Both the position numbers and the translations under genes were made by a program. The notes below the pieces were generated by a model. That model worked only from the letters and a program-made list of their open reading frames with translations. It was not told where the DNA came from and did not search any database. DNA of 64,000 nucleotides, taken from the human T2T-CHM13v2.0 reference genome, Homo sapiens. Positions 1-12,200 of the stretch are shown here, one piece after another (position 1 is the first letter of the stretch; the number at the start of each line of letters is the position of its first letter). The stretch lies in NCBI RefSeq assembly GCF_009914755.1, contig NC_060947.1. One strand, given 5' to 3'.

Positions 1-544
1 GCTTGTTGAAAATCTCATCTTTGAAAAAATAATTTCTGAGCTTGAATTTCAGTCTTTTGAACTAACCCAATCAGACAAATATAAAGAAGAAAAAAATTAA
101 AGCATGAGCAATGTCTTTGAGAAATATGACATTGTGGAAAGCAACCAAACCTGCCAATGACTGGCATGCCTGAGAGAGAAAGAGAAAAGGCAAACAAACT
201 GAAAAATATATTTGAGGCAATAATCCAAGAAAACTTACCTAATCTTGCTAAATAGGTATACATCCAGATTTAAGAAATCAAGAGAACACCTGTGAAATAC
301 TATGCAAAATAAAATTCACCAACACATATAGCCACCAGACTGTCCAATGTCATCACTAAGAAAAATTCTTAAAGGTAGCTAGAGAAAAATGGCAGATCAC
401 ATACAAATGTACCCCAATCAGGCTAAGAGAGGACTACTTAGCAGGAACCTTTCAAGCCAGGAGTGATTGTGAGGCTTATTTTTAGCATTCTTAAAGAACA
501 GAAATTTCAACCAAGAATTTCATATCCCTCCAAAGATATTTTAT

Positions 545-615
545 GTCTTTGCTATTGTGAATAGTGCTGCAATGAACATACATGTGCATGTATCTTTATA
601 ATAGAATGATTTATA
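545..615 (-). mobile_element. About 70-bp L1 ORF2 3'-region fragment inserted in inverted orientation inside ORF1 of the host L1
   Basis: gtctttgctattgtgaatagtgctgcaatgaacatacatgtgcatgtatctttataatagaatgatttata matches the minus-strand L1 3' sequence seen at about 21087-21157 and 50383-50453; no poly(A), no TSD. Confidence 0.8.
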
Positions 616-2989
616 TATATACACTACATAAGCAAAGGATAAATAAAACCTACTCCAGACAAGCAAGTACTAAGGAAATTTATTATCACTAGATTAGCCT
701 TGCAAGAGCTCCTTAAGGGAGTTCCACATATGGAAACAAGAGAAAGATACCTGCTACCACAAAAACATACTTAAGTACACGGCCCACAGACCCTATAAAG
801 CAACCATATAATAGAAACTACAAAGCAACCAGGTAACAACTTTGCAGTAGGATTATAACCTCACATACCAATATTAACCTTGAATGTAAATCATCTAAAT
901 GCCACAGTTACATGTCACAGGCTGGCAAGTTGTATAAACAAACAAACAAAGAAACAAAAAAACAAGATCCATTCATCTGCTGTCTTCAAGAGACCATTTG
1001 ACACAAGGCTCAATGTAAAGGATTGAAGAAAAATCTATCATGCAAAGTGAACACAAAAAAGAGCAGGGGTCAATATTGTTATAAGAGACAAAACAGACTT
1101 TAAAGCAACAACAGTTAAAAATAGGAAAAAGAAAAGCATTGCATAAAGATAAAGGGTTCAATTCAACAAGGAGACCTAACTATACTAAATATGTATACAC
1201 TAAATATTGGAGCACCCAGATTTATAAAACAAGTACTTCTAGACTTTAGAAAAAAAAACTTACACAGCCACACAATAATAATGGGGCACTCTAAATTCCC
1301 ACTGAAAGCACTCACAGATCATCAAGACAGAAAACTAACAAAGACATTCTGGACATAAATTCAAGTCTTGGCCAATTGGTTAAAACAGACATCTACAGAA
1401 TACTTCATCCATCAACCCCAGAAAAAACATCCTTCTCATCTGCACACAGAGCATACACCAAGATTGACCACATGCTCAGCCATAAAGCAAGTCTAAAATA
1501 AGTAATAAAAATTGAAATTATACCAGCCATACTCTTAGAACACAGTGAAATGAAAACTAAAATCAATACCAAGAAGAGCTATGAAAACCACACAATTACA
1601 AGGAAATTAAACAACTTACTCTTAATGACTTTGGGGTAAACAATAAAATTAAGACAGAAATAAAAAATTATTTGAAATAAATGAAAACAGAGACATGACA
1701 TACAAAAACTTTTTGGATGCAGCAAAAGTGGTATTAAAAGGGAAGTTTATAGTGCTAAGCACTTACTGCAAAAAGCTAGATTCAAATTAGTGATCTAAAA
1801 TCACACCCAGGGGAATTAGAAAAACAAAACAAAACAAAACAAAAACTAACCCCAAATTTAGCAGAAAAAAATGAATAACTAAAATCAGAGGACAACTAAA
1901 TAAAACTGAGACCAAAAATCCTATACAAAGAACAAATGAAACCAAAAGTTGATTCATTAAAAGGATGAACAAGACCAATAGACAGCTAGCTATATTAAAA
2001 AGAAAAAAGAGAGAAGATATAAATTAGCACAATCAGAAATAACAATGGTGACATTAATACTGATTCCACAGAAATACAAAAGATCCTCAAATACTATTAT
2101 GAACATCTCTGTGCACAAAAACAGGAAATCTGGAGGAAATCAATAAATTCCCAGAAACACACAATCTCTCAAGATTGAATCAGGAAGAAATTGAAGCCCT
2201 CAACAGACCAATATTGAGTTCTTAAATTGTATTCATAATTGAAAGAAAAAACAAACAAACAAAGAAACAAAAAAACTACCAACCAAAAAAGGCCTTGGGC
2301 CAGATGGTTTCACAGTAGAATTCTACCAGACATGCAAAGAAGAGGTGGTACCAATCCCACTGAAATTATTCCAAAAAATCAAGGAAGAGGTACTTCTCTC
2401 TAACTTATTCTATAAAGTAAGCATCACCTTGATACCAAAACTTGCCAAAATCACACAGAAGAAAGACAATTACAGGCCAATATCAATTCTAAACATAGAC
2501 GCAAAAATCCTCAACAAAATACTAGCAAACCAAAGTGAGCACATCAAAAAGTTAATTCACCAAGATTAACTATGATTCTTTCCCAGGATGCAAGGTTGGT
2601 TCAACATACACAATTCAATAAATGTAATTCATAAATACACAATTCAATAAATGTAATAAATGTTTTTGTAATTAAAAACAAAAACCATTGATTATTTTAA
2701 TAGTTATGGGTAAAGCTTTTTATATAATCCAACATTCCTTCATGATAAAAATCCTCAGCAAACTAGGCATTGAAGGAATGCACCTCAAAATAATAAGTGT
2801 CGTTTATGAGAAACCCACAGCCAACATCATACTGAAGGGACAAAAGCTGGAAGTATTTCCCTTGACAAAGGGAATAAGACAAGGGTGCCCACTCTCACCT
2901 CACTTATTCAACATAGTACTGAAAATACTTTCCAGAATAATCAGGCAAGAGAAATAAATAAAATTATCCAAATACAAAATGAAAAAATT

Positions 2990-3348
<359 letters not shown>

Positions 3349-5881
3349 CTAAAAAAAATTATAACCCTAAAGACTCCAACAAAAGTCTCCTGGAACTGAT
3401 AAATAACTTCAATAAAGTTTCAGGATGCAAAATATAGAAAAATCAGTGGCATTTCTATACAACAATAATATTCAAATCAAAAATGCAATCCCACTTGAAA
3501 TAGCAGCAAAAACTTTAATACCTACAAATATATCTAATCAAGGCAGTGAAAGATCTTTAAAGAAGAACTAGAAAACACTGCTGAAAGAAATCACAGATGA
3601 TACAAACAATTGGATAAACATCCCATGCTCATGGATTGACATAATCAATATTGTTCAAAGGACCATACTGCCCAGAGCAATCTACAGATTTAACTCTTTC
3701 TATCAAGCTATGAACATCATTTTTCACAGAACTAGAAAAAACTATTCTACAATTCATATGAAGGCATAAAAAATCACAAATAGCCAAAGTAATTGGCTAG
3801 AAAATTGCTCTTTTGCTTAGAACAAAAAGAAGAAAGCTGTAGGCATCATATTATCTGAGTTGAAACTATACTATAAGGATGCAGTAACCCAAACAGCATG
3901 GTACTGGTACAAAAAGAGACACATAGATAAATGAAACAGAATAGAGAACCAAGAAATAAAACTGTATACCTACCATCTAAACTTTGACAAAGTTGATAAA
4001 AATAAGCAAGAGGAAACGACTCCCTATTCAATAAATGGCATAAGGATAGCTGGAAAGCCATATGCAGAAGAATGAAACTAAACTCCTGTCTTTCACCAGA
4101 CACAATAATTAACAAGGTGTATTAAAGACTTAAGTTTAAGACCTCAAACTATAAGATTTCCAGAAGCAAATTTAGGAGATGGTATTCCAGACTTTGGCCT
4201 TGGGAAATAATTTATTACTAAATCTTCAAAAGCAATTGCAAGTGAAATAAAAATTGACAAAGGGGACCTAATCAAACTAAAGAGCTTCTGCATAGCAGAA
4301 GAAACTATTAACAGAGTATGAAGACAACCTACAGAATTGGGGACATTATGCAGAATCTATGAATTCAACAAAGGTGTAATATCCAGAATTCATAAGGAAT
4401 TTAAACAATTGAGCATGCAAAGAACAAGCAACCTTAATGAAAATGGGCAAAAGGCATGAATAGGCACTTCTCTAAAGAAGACATACAAGCAACCAACAAA
4501 CATAAAAAAATGCTCAACACCACTAGTCATTAGAGAAATGCAAATCAAAATGACGATGGGATACCATCTCACACCAGTCGGAATAGATATTATTCAAAAG
4601 TCAAAAAAAAAAAAAAAACAGATGCCAGCTGGCAAGACTGCAGAGAAAAGAGAACACTTATATGTTGTTGGTGGGGATGTAAATTAGTTCACCAACTTTG
4701 GAAAGCAGTTTGGAGAGTTCTCAAAGAACTTAGAACTACCATTCAACACAGGAATCTCATTACTGGGTGTGTATCCAGAAGAAAATAAATTGTTCTACCA
4801 AAGAGACACATGCACCCACATGTTCAGTGTAGCGGTATTCACAATAACAAACATATTGAATCAACTTAGGTGCCTATCAATGGTGGATTTCCTAAAGAAA
4901 CTGAGGTACATAAACACAATAGAATACTATGTAGCCATAAAAAGAATTGTCTCATTTTCAGCAACATGGATGTAGTAGCTGGAGGCCGTTGTTGTAAGTG
5001 AATTAATGCAGGAACAGAAAACCAAATACTGCGTGTTCTCACTTATAAGTGGGAGCTAAACTTTAAATACATGTGGACTTAAAGATGGCAACAATAGACA
5101 CTGGGGACTACTAGAGGGAGGACAGAGGGATGGGGACAAGACCTGAAAAACTTACTATTTGGTGCTATGCTGAGTACCAAGGTGACAGGATCAATTTTAC
5201 CCCAAACTTCAGCATCACACAATATAGCCAGGTAACAAGCCTGCACATGCACCCCCTGAATCCAAAAGAAAAGCTGAAATTATAAAACTATATATAATAT
5301 ATACATACACATATATATGTATATATTTATGTCTTTATCTGGAATTAAAGAAACTGTTAATAATGGTTACCTTTGGTGAGAAAGTTTGGAAGGTAAGACA
5401 GTAATTTTATTTTATATTACTCTGTACTGTTTAAACTTACTAACTTAATTCATGTGTTACATTAAAAATTGGTCAACAGAGTTAGCTTGGCAGAGAGATT
5501 ACGGCCCATTTTGTTTGGTTTTGTTTGCTTCTTTTCTTTCTCTTTATTTTAAAATATTCTAATATATTGTGGAATTGTTTTTAATGTCCCAAAATATGTC
5601 AGGGATTTTCATCAAGTGAATACAGGGAAACCTCACCCCAATTTATCCAAGAAGGATTCATGGAGTAACAGGCAATGTGGTCTCATTTCTGGCCCTTCAA
5701 ATCAGGCTGATGTACCCACTAATCTTGCCTTTGCTGGACCCCAAAACAAAGCATCAAACATTAACTAAAACTAGGTAATTACTCAGGAACTCCACTGTTT
5801 GAGTTGGATCTGCCTGCACTTGCTGTCTTCTCTCTGTTGCCAGACTCGTGTCTCTGTCTTTATCCTGACTTCAAAACATCT

Positions 5882-6441
5882 TGTATTAGTCAGGGTTCTC
5901 TAGAGGGACATAAATAATAGGGTATACCTACATATGAAAGGGAGTTTATTTAGGAGAATTGACTCACACAATGACAAGGTGAAGTCCCACAATAGGCTGT
6001 CTGCAAGTTGAGGAGAAAGGAAGCCAGTAGTGCATCAGTCCAAGTTCCAAAACCCCAAAAGTAGTGAAGCCGAGGTGCAGCCTTCAGCCTGTGGTTGAAA
6101 TTCCAAGAGCCCCTAGGAAAACACTAGTTTAAGTCCAAGAACCCCAAACGCGAAGAACTTGGAGTATTGCTGTTCAAGGGCAGGAAGCATCCAGCATGGG
6201 AGAAAGACGAAGAGCAAAAGATTCAGCAAGTCTGCTTATTTCACCTTCTTCTGCCTGCTTTATTCTAGCCACGCTGGCAGCTGATTAGATGGTGCCCAAT
6301 CAGACAGAGGGTGGGTCTGCCTCTCCCAGTCCACTGACTCAAATGTTGATTTCCTTTGGCAACATCCTCATAGACACACCCAGGAACAATACTTTGCATC
6401 CTTCAATCCAATCATGTTGACACTCAATACTAACCATCACA
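5882..6441 (-). mobile_element. Solo ERVL LTR, MLT2A/MLT2B type
   Basis: The reverse complement begins tgtgatggttagtattgagtgtcaacatgattggattgaaggatgcaaag and ends ...agagaaccctgactaataca; near-perfect 5-bp TSD catct/cctct. Confidence 0.88.
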
Positions 6442-7601
6442 CCTCTCTTTGGCCCCTTCTTGATACGGTATACTTTCTTATTCTCTTGGACTGCAGATTA
6501 TTTTCTGTATGGTTTCAGGCTTAGCTTGCCCTTCTTACAAGGTAATCCACCACTGCTTTGGTTGTGCCCTTCCATCCCAGGGCCCCTTTTCACAACAACC
6601 ACTGTTTCTGTCCTAACAAGACGTCTAAAGGGCTAACTCCAGCCCAACTACAAGAAAGAGAAGAGACACAGAAAATATTTTAAAATTAAACTGCAATTCA
6701 GATTTTTCTCTTTATATTTGTTGAAATGGTGGGATGACCTGACAGAAATACATTTGCAGGGGATCTGTGGAGTGTATTTGATAACTGCCTACCAGAAGAG
6801 AAAACTTGGCATGATTCCTCGACCTAGGGTGAATCCTTAATCCTTGGAAAGGAAGTTTAATTCTGAGTATAATATGGTGCTTCTAATTCTGATTTGTCTT
6901 TTAGCTTGGCCCCTAAAATACTCATTTCTGGGCCTATGGAATGCAGTAGGGATGCAAATAAAACTGAAAAGGCTGTTTCACTAAAACCCCTGAAAGTACT
7001 GGGGCAAAAGCAGCACTGTTTCTTCCTTTTGAAAGTATAACATAGGAGGAAGAGAGACGCATTCTTTTCCACCTCATGGCAGACTTCTGTAAAGCTTTGG
7101 CACCAGGTGTGCTGCATTTTTTCAGTGATGGTGCCTAAGGGAAGCTTTGGTGCTTAATAGGGTAACAGTATCACCTAGCAGATACCACAGGGCACAGTAG
7201 AGACTGCAGTACTCAGCTCAGCTCATCAAAATGGCTAATTAGCAGTGGTGCTAAGAGGGAGCATATGCGCTTATGAGCACATGTGAGACACGACTGACAG
7301 ACTTCTAGAAATACTTGGAAGAGGTGGTGGTGGCACATTAGAGAGGACTGAGGCCATGCATGAGTGTATGGGAACAAAAGCCAGGAGATTCAAGTAGTGT
7401 TGTTAATATGAATTATTTATACCCATAGGCCGGTGGGGCATGTGTAAACTCAGGTTCTAATGGAAATTTCTTTCTCTCTGACCTTAATTATTTGTTGTTC
7501 TAATTATTCTACTTACTCATTCCTACTGAAGCTGTTCTTTGTCCTCATTATGACCTTTATTTCAATGCCCCCCTCCTAAGTCTCAAAATAATTCTGGTTT
7601 T

Positions 7602-7862
7602 CAAACACCGCATGTTCTCACTCATAGGTGGTAATTGAACAATGAGAACACATGGACACAGGAAGGGAAACATCACACACCGGGGACTGTTGTGGGGTGA
7701 GGGGAGGGGGGAGGGATAGCATTAGGAGATATACCTAATGTAAATGACGAGTTAATGGGTGCAGCACACCAACATGGCGCATGTATACATATGTAACAAA
7801 CCTGCACGTTGTGCACATGTACCCTAAAACTTAAAGTATAATAATAATAAAATTAAAAAAAA
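7602..7862 (+). mobile_element. 5'-truncated L1PA3-5-like 3'UTR with poly(A)
   Basis: caaacaccgcatgttctcactcatagg...gggagggatagcattaggagatatacctaatg...aaacttaaagtataataat plus A tail; no clear TSD. Confidence 0.92.
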
Positions 7863-7949
7863 GGGTCAGAAACAAAAGCTACCACCAATTACTTACAATA
7901 TGCCAAGCATATTTCATGCACTATTTTATTTAATCTTCACTATGACAGC

Positions 7950-8115
7950 AATAATAATAGGAACTATTTTTTGAGCACTGACTATGTATTAAGCCCTGTT
8001 AGGTGCTTTATGTACACTGTCTCATTTAATTATCTCAACACTGTGAGGTATGTACTAATACTATGCTCATTTTAAAGATTAGGAAATTTAGATTCAGAAA
8101 GTTTAAGTAACTCCC
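7950..8115 (-). mobile_element. MIR SINE
   Basis: gagcactgactatgt...tctcatttaattatctcaacactgtgaggta...cattttaaagattaggaaatttagattcagaaagtttaagtaact resembles the MIR core. Confidence 0.72.
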
Positions 8116-8214
8116 TGCTGCCTCATTCCCACCATTATTATTATTTTCACCATAGAATATCCTTTAATTTCTGGCTCACTAACTTTCTAGGATGTAAATA
8201 TGGATTTTCGTGAC

Positions 8215-8650
8215 AGAGACAGACAGTAACAGCATTCTAAACAAGATATAAGTGTATTTCACCTTTATGTAAATATTTAAGTTAGTATGTCTTCTTCTAT
8301 AAAGTCATGATGGAGTTCAAATTATTTCTATTTTCATGGTCTACTGTCTTTAAGATATTCTTCTCATCCACATAGTCCAAAAATTTCCACCCTATGTCTG
8401 CATTCCATCTAGTACCAGCTTGAAGTGGGAAAAAGGAGAAAGCATAACTGTCCCCTTTAAGGACACAACTTGGACTTTGTGTGCATCACTTCTGCTCACA
8501 TCTCATTAGTCAGAATGGAGTTACATGGCCATATCTAGTTGGAAAGGAAACTAGGAAATAAAACTTTATTCTGGGTACTCCTGTGTCCAGCTAAAAGTAA
8601 TGGACTTTATTACTACAACAGAGAAGGAGACAACCAGTCATCTCTGCCAA
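8215..8650 (-). mobile_element. Old MaLR LTR remnant (MLT1J/K-like)
   Basis: catcacttctgctcacatctcattagtcagaatggagttacatggccatatctagttggaaaggaaactaggaaat is typical of MLT1J-group LTRs; boundaries approximate. Confidence 0.6.
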
Positions 8651-9229
8651 ATTTGCTCATTTCTAGCTGTAGATGATGTTTGCCATTCACTCTTATTTCT
8701 TAGGCAAAGGGCTTTGCTAGAAAAGTTGCAAAAACCATCCTGATTTTGTGCTCTTATCTCAGCTAGACTTTTCCTACTGTTTACAATTTCCTTTGAGCAT
8801 CTTTGGGAATTCTCTGCGGTCTCCTTCATTGTACTGGTTCCAAACCTTCTCCATTTCCTTCAAAGTACCCAACCCCACCCTAGCCTTATTCTTTTCTTGC
8901 CTCTTTATTTATGAAAAAATTAAATATTTCCCATATGACATCTCTCTCAATATCTTTCTCCCAATCTTAAAAATTACTCTGTATTCCTGCTTTCTTTTTC
9001 TTTTGTATTTGAGAAAGTGCACCCCCTTTGCCAAAGTTACCCCTCTACTTATGTCCTGATGCCACCTCTAACTGCATCCTCTATACCTTGTTCCAATGAG
9101 TTATTGATTCTCAAATCTGATCTTCAATCTCAGCTTCTCTTCTGCTTGCAAACATTTTCAGTTTCTCTTAATTCCAAAACACATTTCGTAGATGCAGCAA
9201 TACTTTCAAGCTATTATCATCCTTTTTTC

Positions 9230-12200
9230 TTTTCTTTTCTGACATTTTTAAAAGTTTTTATTTTTTCTCAGTTTTAGCGAGATATAATTGACAAATAAAA
9301 ATTATGTGTATTTAAGGGGTACAACTTCATGTTTTGATATACATATACATTGTAAAATGATTACCACAATCAAGTCAATTAACATATCTATCACCTCATG
9401 TAGTTACTTTTTTGGTGTGTGTGTGATTAGTGTACTTAAGAGCTACTCTCCTAGCAAATTTCAAGTATACAATACAATATTATTTACTATAGTCACCATG
9501 CTATACATTAGGTCTCCAGAACTTATTTACCTTATAACTGAGAAATTGTTCCCTTTGACTAATACCTCCTTATCTCCCTCACCCCCCAACCCCTGGTAGT
9601 TACCCTTCTACTCTTTTTTTTTTTTTGAGTTTGAGTTTTTCAGATTCCACATATAAATGAGATAATGTGTATTTGACTTTCTGTCTGACTTATTTCACTT
9701 AGCATAATGTCATCCAGGTTCATCCATGTTTTTGCAAATGGCAGGATTTCATTCTTTTTAAAAGCTGAACAGTATTTCATTGTGTATATATTCCATATTT
9801 TCTTTATCTGTTCATCTGTGAACAGGCACTTAGTTTGTAAGCTATTGTAAATAATGATGAAATGAACATGGCAGTGAAGGTATCTCTTTGAGATAGTGAT
9901 TTTTATTTCTTTTCAATATGTAACCAGAAGTGGGATTGCTGTATCATATAATAGTTCATTTTTAATTTTTTGAGAAGCCCCCATACTGTTTCCATAATGG
10001 CTGTACCAATTCACATTCCCACCAGCAATGCATAAGAGTTCATTTTTCTCCACATCCTCACCAATACTTGTTATCTTTTTGTGGTAAAAGCCTTTCAAAC
10101 AGGTGTGAAGTGATAGCTTGTGGTTTTGATATGCATTTTCTTGATGGTTAGTGATGTTCAGCACCTTTTCATATACCTGTTGGCCATTTGTATGTCTGCT
10201 TTGGAATAACGTCTATTCAGTGCCTTTGCCCATATAAAATCCGGCTATTTTGTTTTTGTTTTTGTTTTGCTTTGTTTGTTTTTTTGTTATTGAGTTGTAA
10301 GAGTTGCTTATATATTTTGGGCATTAACCTCTTATAAGATAAATAGTTTGCAAAGATTTTTCCTCTTCCATAGGTTGCTTTTTATTCTGTTTATTGTTTC
10401 ATTTTTGTGCAGAAACTTCGTAGTTTGAAGTAGTTTCACTTGTTTATTTCTGCTTTTATTGTCTGTGTTTTTGCTGTCATATCCAAGAAATTATTGTTAA
10501 GATGAATGTTAGGGAATTTTTCCTCTATGGTTTTTTCTAGAAGTTTTATTATTTCAAGTCTTTAATCCATTTTAGTTTATTTTTGTGTATGGAGTAAGAA
10601 AATGATCCAATTTTATTTTTCTTGCATGTGGATATTCAGTTTTCCCAGCATCATTTATGGGAGAGACTACTCTTTCCTCATTTTATATTCTCAGCACTTT
10701 TGTCAAAGATTAGTTGACTGAATATGCATGGATGTATTTCTGGACTTCCTATTGTGTTCCATTGGTCTATGTGTTTGTTTTTATGCTGGGACCATACTGT
10801 TTTATTGTTGTAGCTTTGTAGTATAATTTGAAATAAACAAGTATGATGCCACCTGCTTTACTTTTTTTGCTCAAGATTTCTTTAGCTACTTGGAATCTTT
10901 TGTGGTTTTAGAATTTTTTTTCTATTTCTGTAAAACATGCAATTGGAATTTTCATTAAGATTTAATTGACCTATAGATTGCTTTGGGTAGTATAAACATT
11001 TTGAAAATATTGATTCTTCTGATCCATGGACACACAATATCTTTTCAATTATTGGTGTCTTTTTCAATTTATTTCATCAGTGCTTTATAGTTTTCATTGT
11101 ACAGATCTTCCACTTCCTTGGTTAAACCTGCTTCTAAAAGTATTTTATTTTTGTATGCTATTGTAAATGAGCTTGTTTGCTTAATGTTTTTCAATTAGTT
11201 TGTTATTAGTGTATAGAAACACAATTGATTTTGGTATGTTCATTTTGCGTCTTGTATCTTTACTGAATTTGTTCATTAGTTCTAATAGTTTTAGATGGAG
11301 TCTTTAGGGTTATCTTTATATAAGATTAAGTAATCTGAAGATACAATTTTAATTATTTCCTTTATATTTGAGTGACTTTCATTTCTTTTCCTTTCCTAAT
11401 TGCTCTGGCTAAGATTTCTAGTTCTATGCTGAATAAAAGTTGTGAGAGTGGGTATCCTTGTTTTGTTCCTGATCTTAGAGCAAAGGCTTTCAACTTGGCA
11501 CGGTTAAATATTATGTTAGCTGTGGGTTTGTCATATATGGTGTCTATTATTTTGAGGTACGTTCCTTCTATACCTAATATTTTGAGACTTTTTATCATAA
11601 AAGAGTGCTGAATTTTGTTAAATTCTTCTTTCTGCACCTATTGATTTAATAATAAGGCTTTTGTCCTTCATTCTGTTTATGTGATGTATCACATTTACTG
11701 ACTTGTGTATGTTGAAACATACTTACATCCCAGGAGTAAATTCAAATTTATCATGTTGTATGATCCTTTTAATGTGTTGCTGAATTCACTTTGCTAGTAT
11801 TTTGTTGAGGATTTTTTGCATCTATGTTTATCAGAGATATTGGCTTGTAATCCTCTTTTCTTGGAATGTGCTTGTCTGGCTTTGGTATCAGAATAATGGT
11901 GGCCTTGTAAAATGAGTTTGTAAGTGTTCCCTCCTTTTCAATTTTTAGAAGAGTTTGAGAATCAATACTAGCTCTTATTTAAATGTTTGGTAGAATTCAC
12001 CAGTGAAGCCATCAGGTCCTGGGCTTTTATTTGATAAGAAATTTTGGTTACTGAGTCAATCTCCTTACTTGATGTTGGTCTGTTGAGACTTTCTATTTCT
12101 TCATGATTCAGTCTTGGTAAGTTGTATGTTTCTAAAAATTTATTCACTTCTACTAGGTTACATAATTTATTGGCAAATAATTGTTCATAGTAGTTTCTGG

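Noticed and set aside
8650-9230. Possible L2 remnant
   Set aside because: It is pyrimidine-rich with only faint resemblance; I cannot support boundaries without an alignment.
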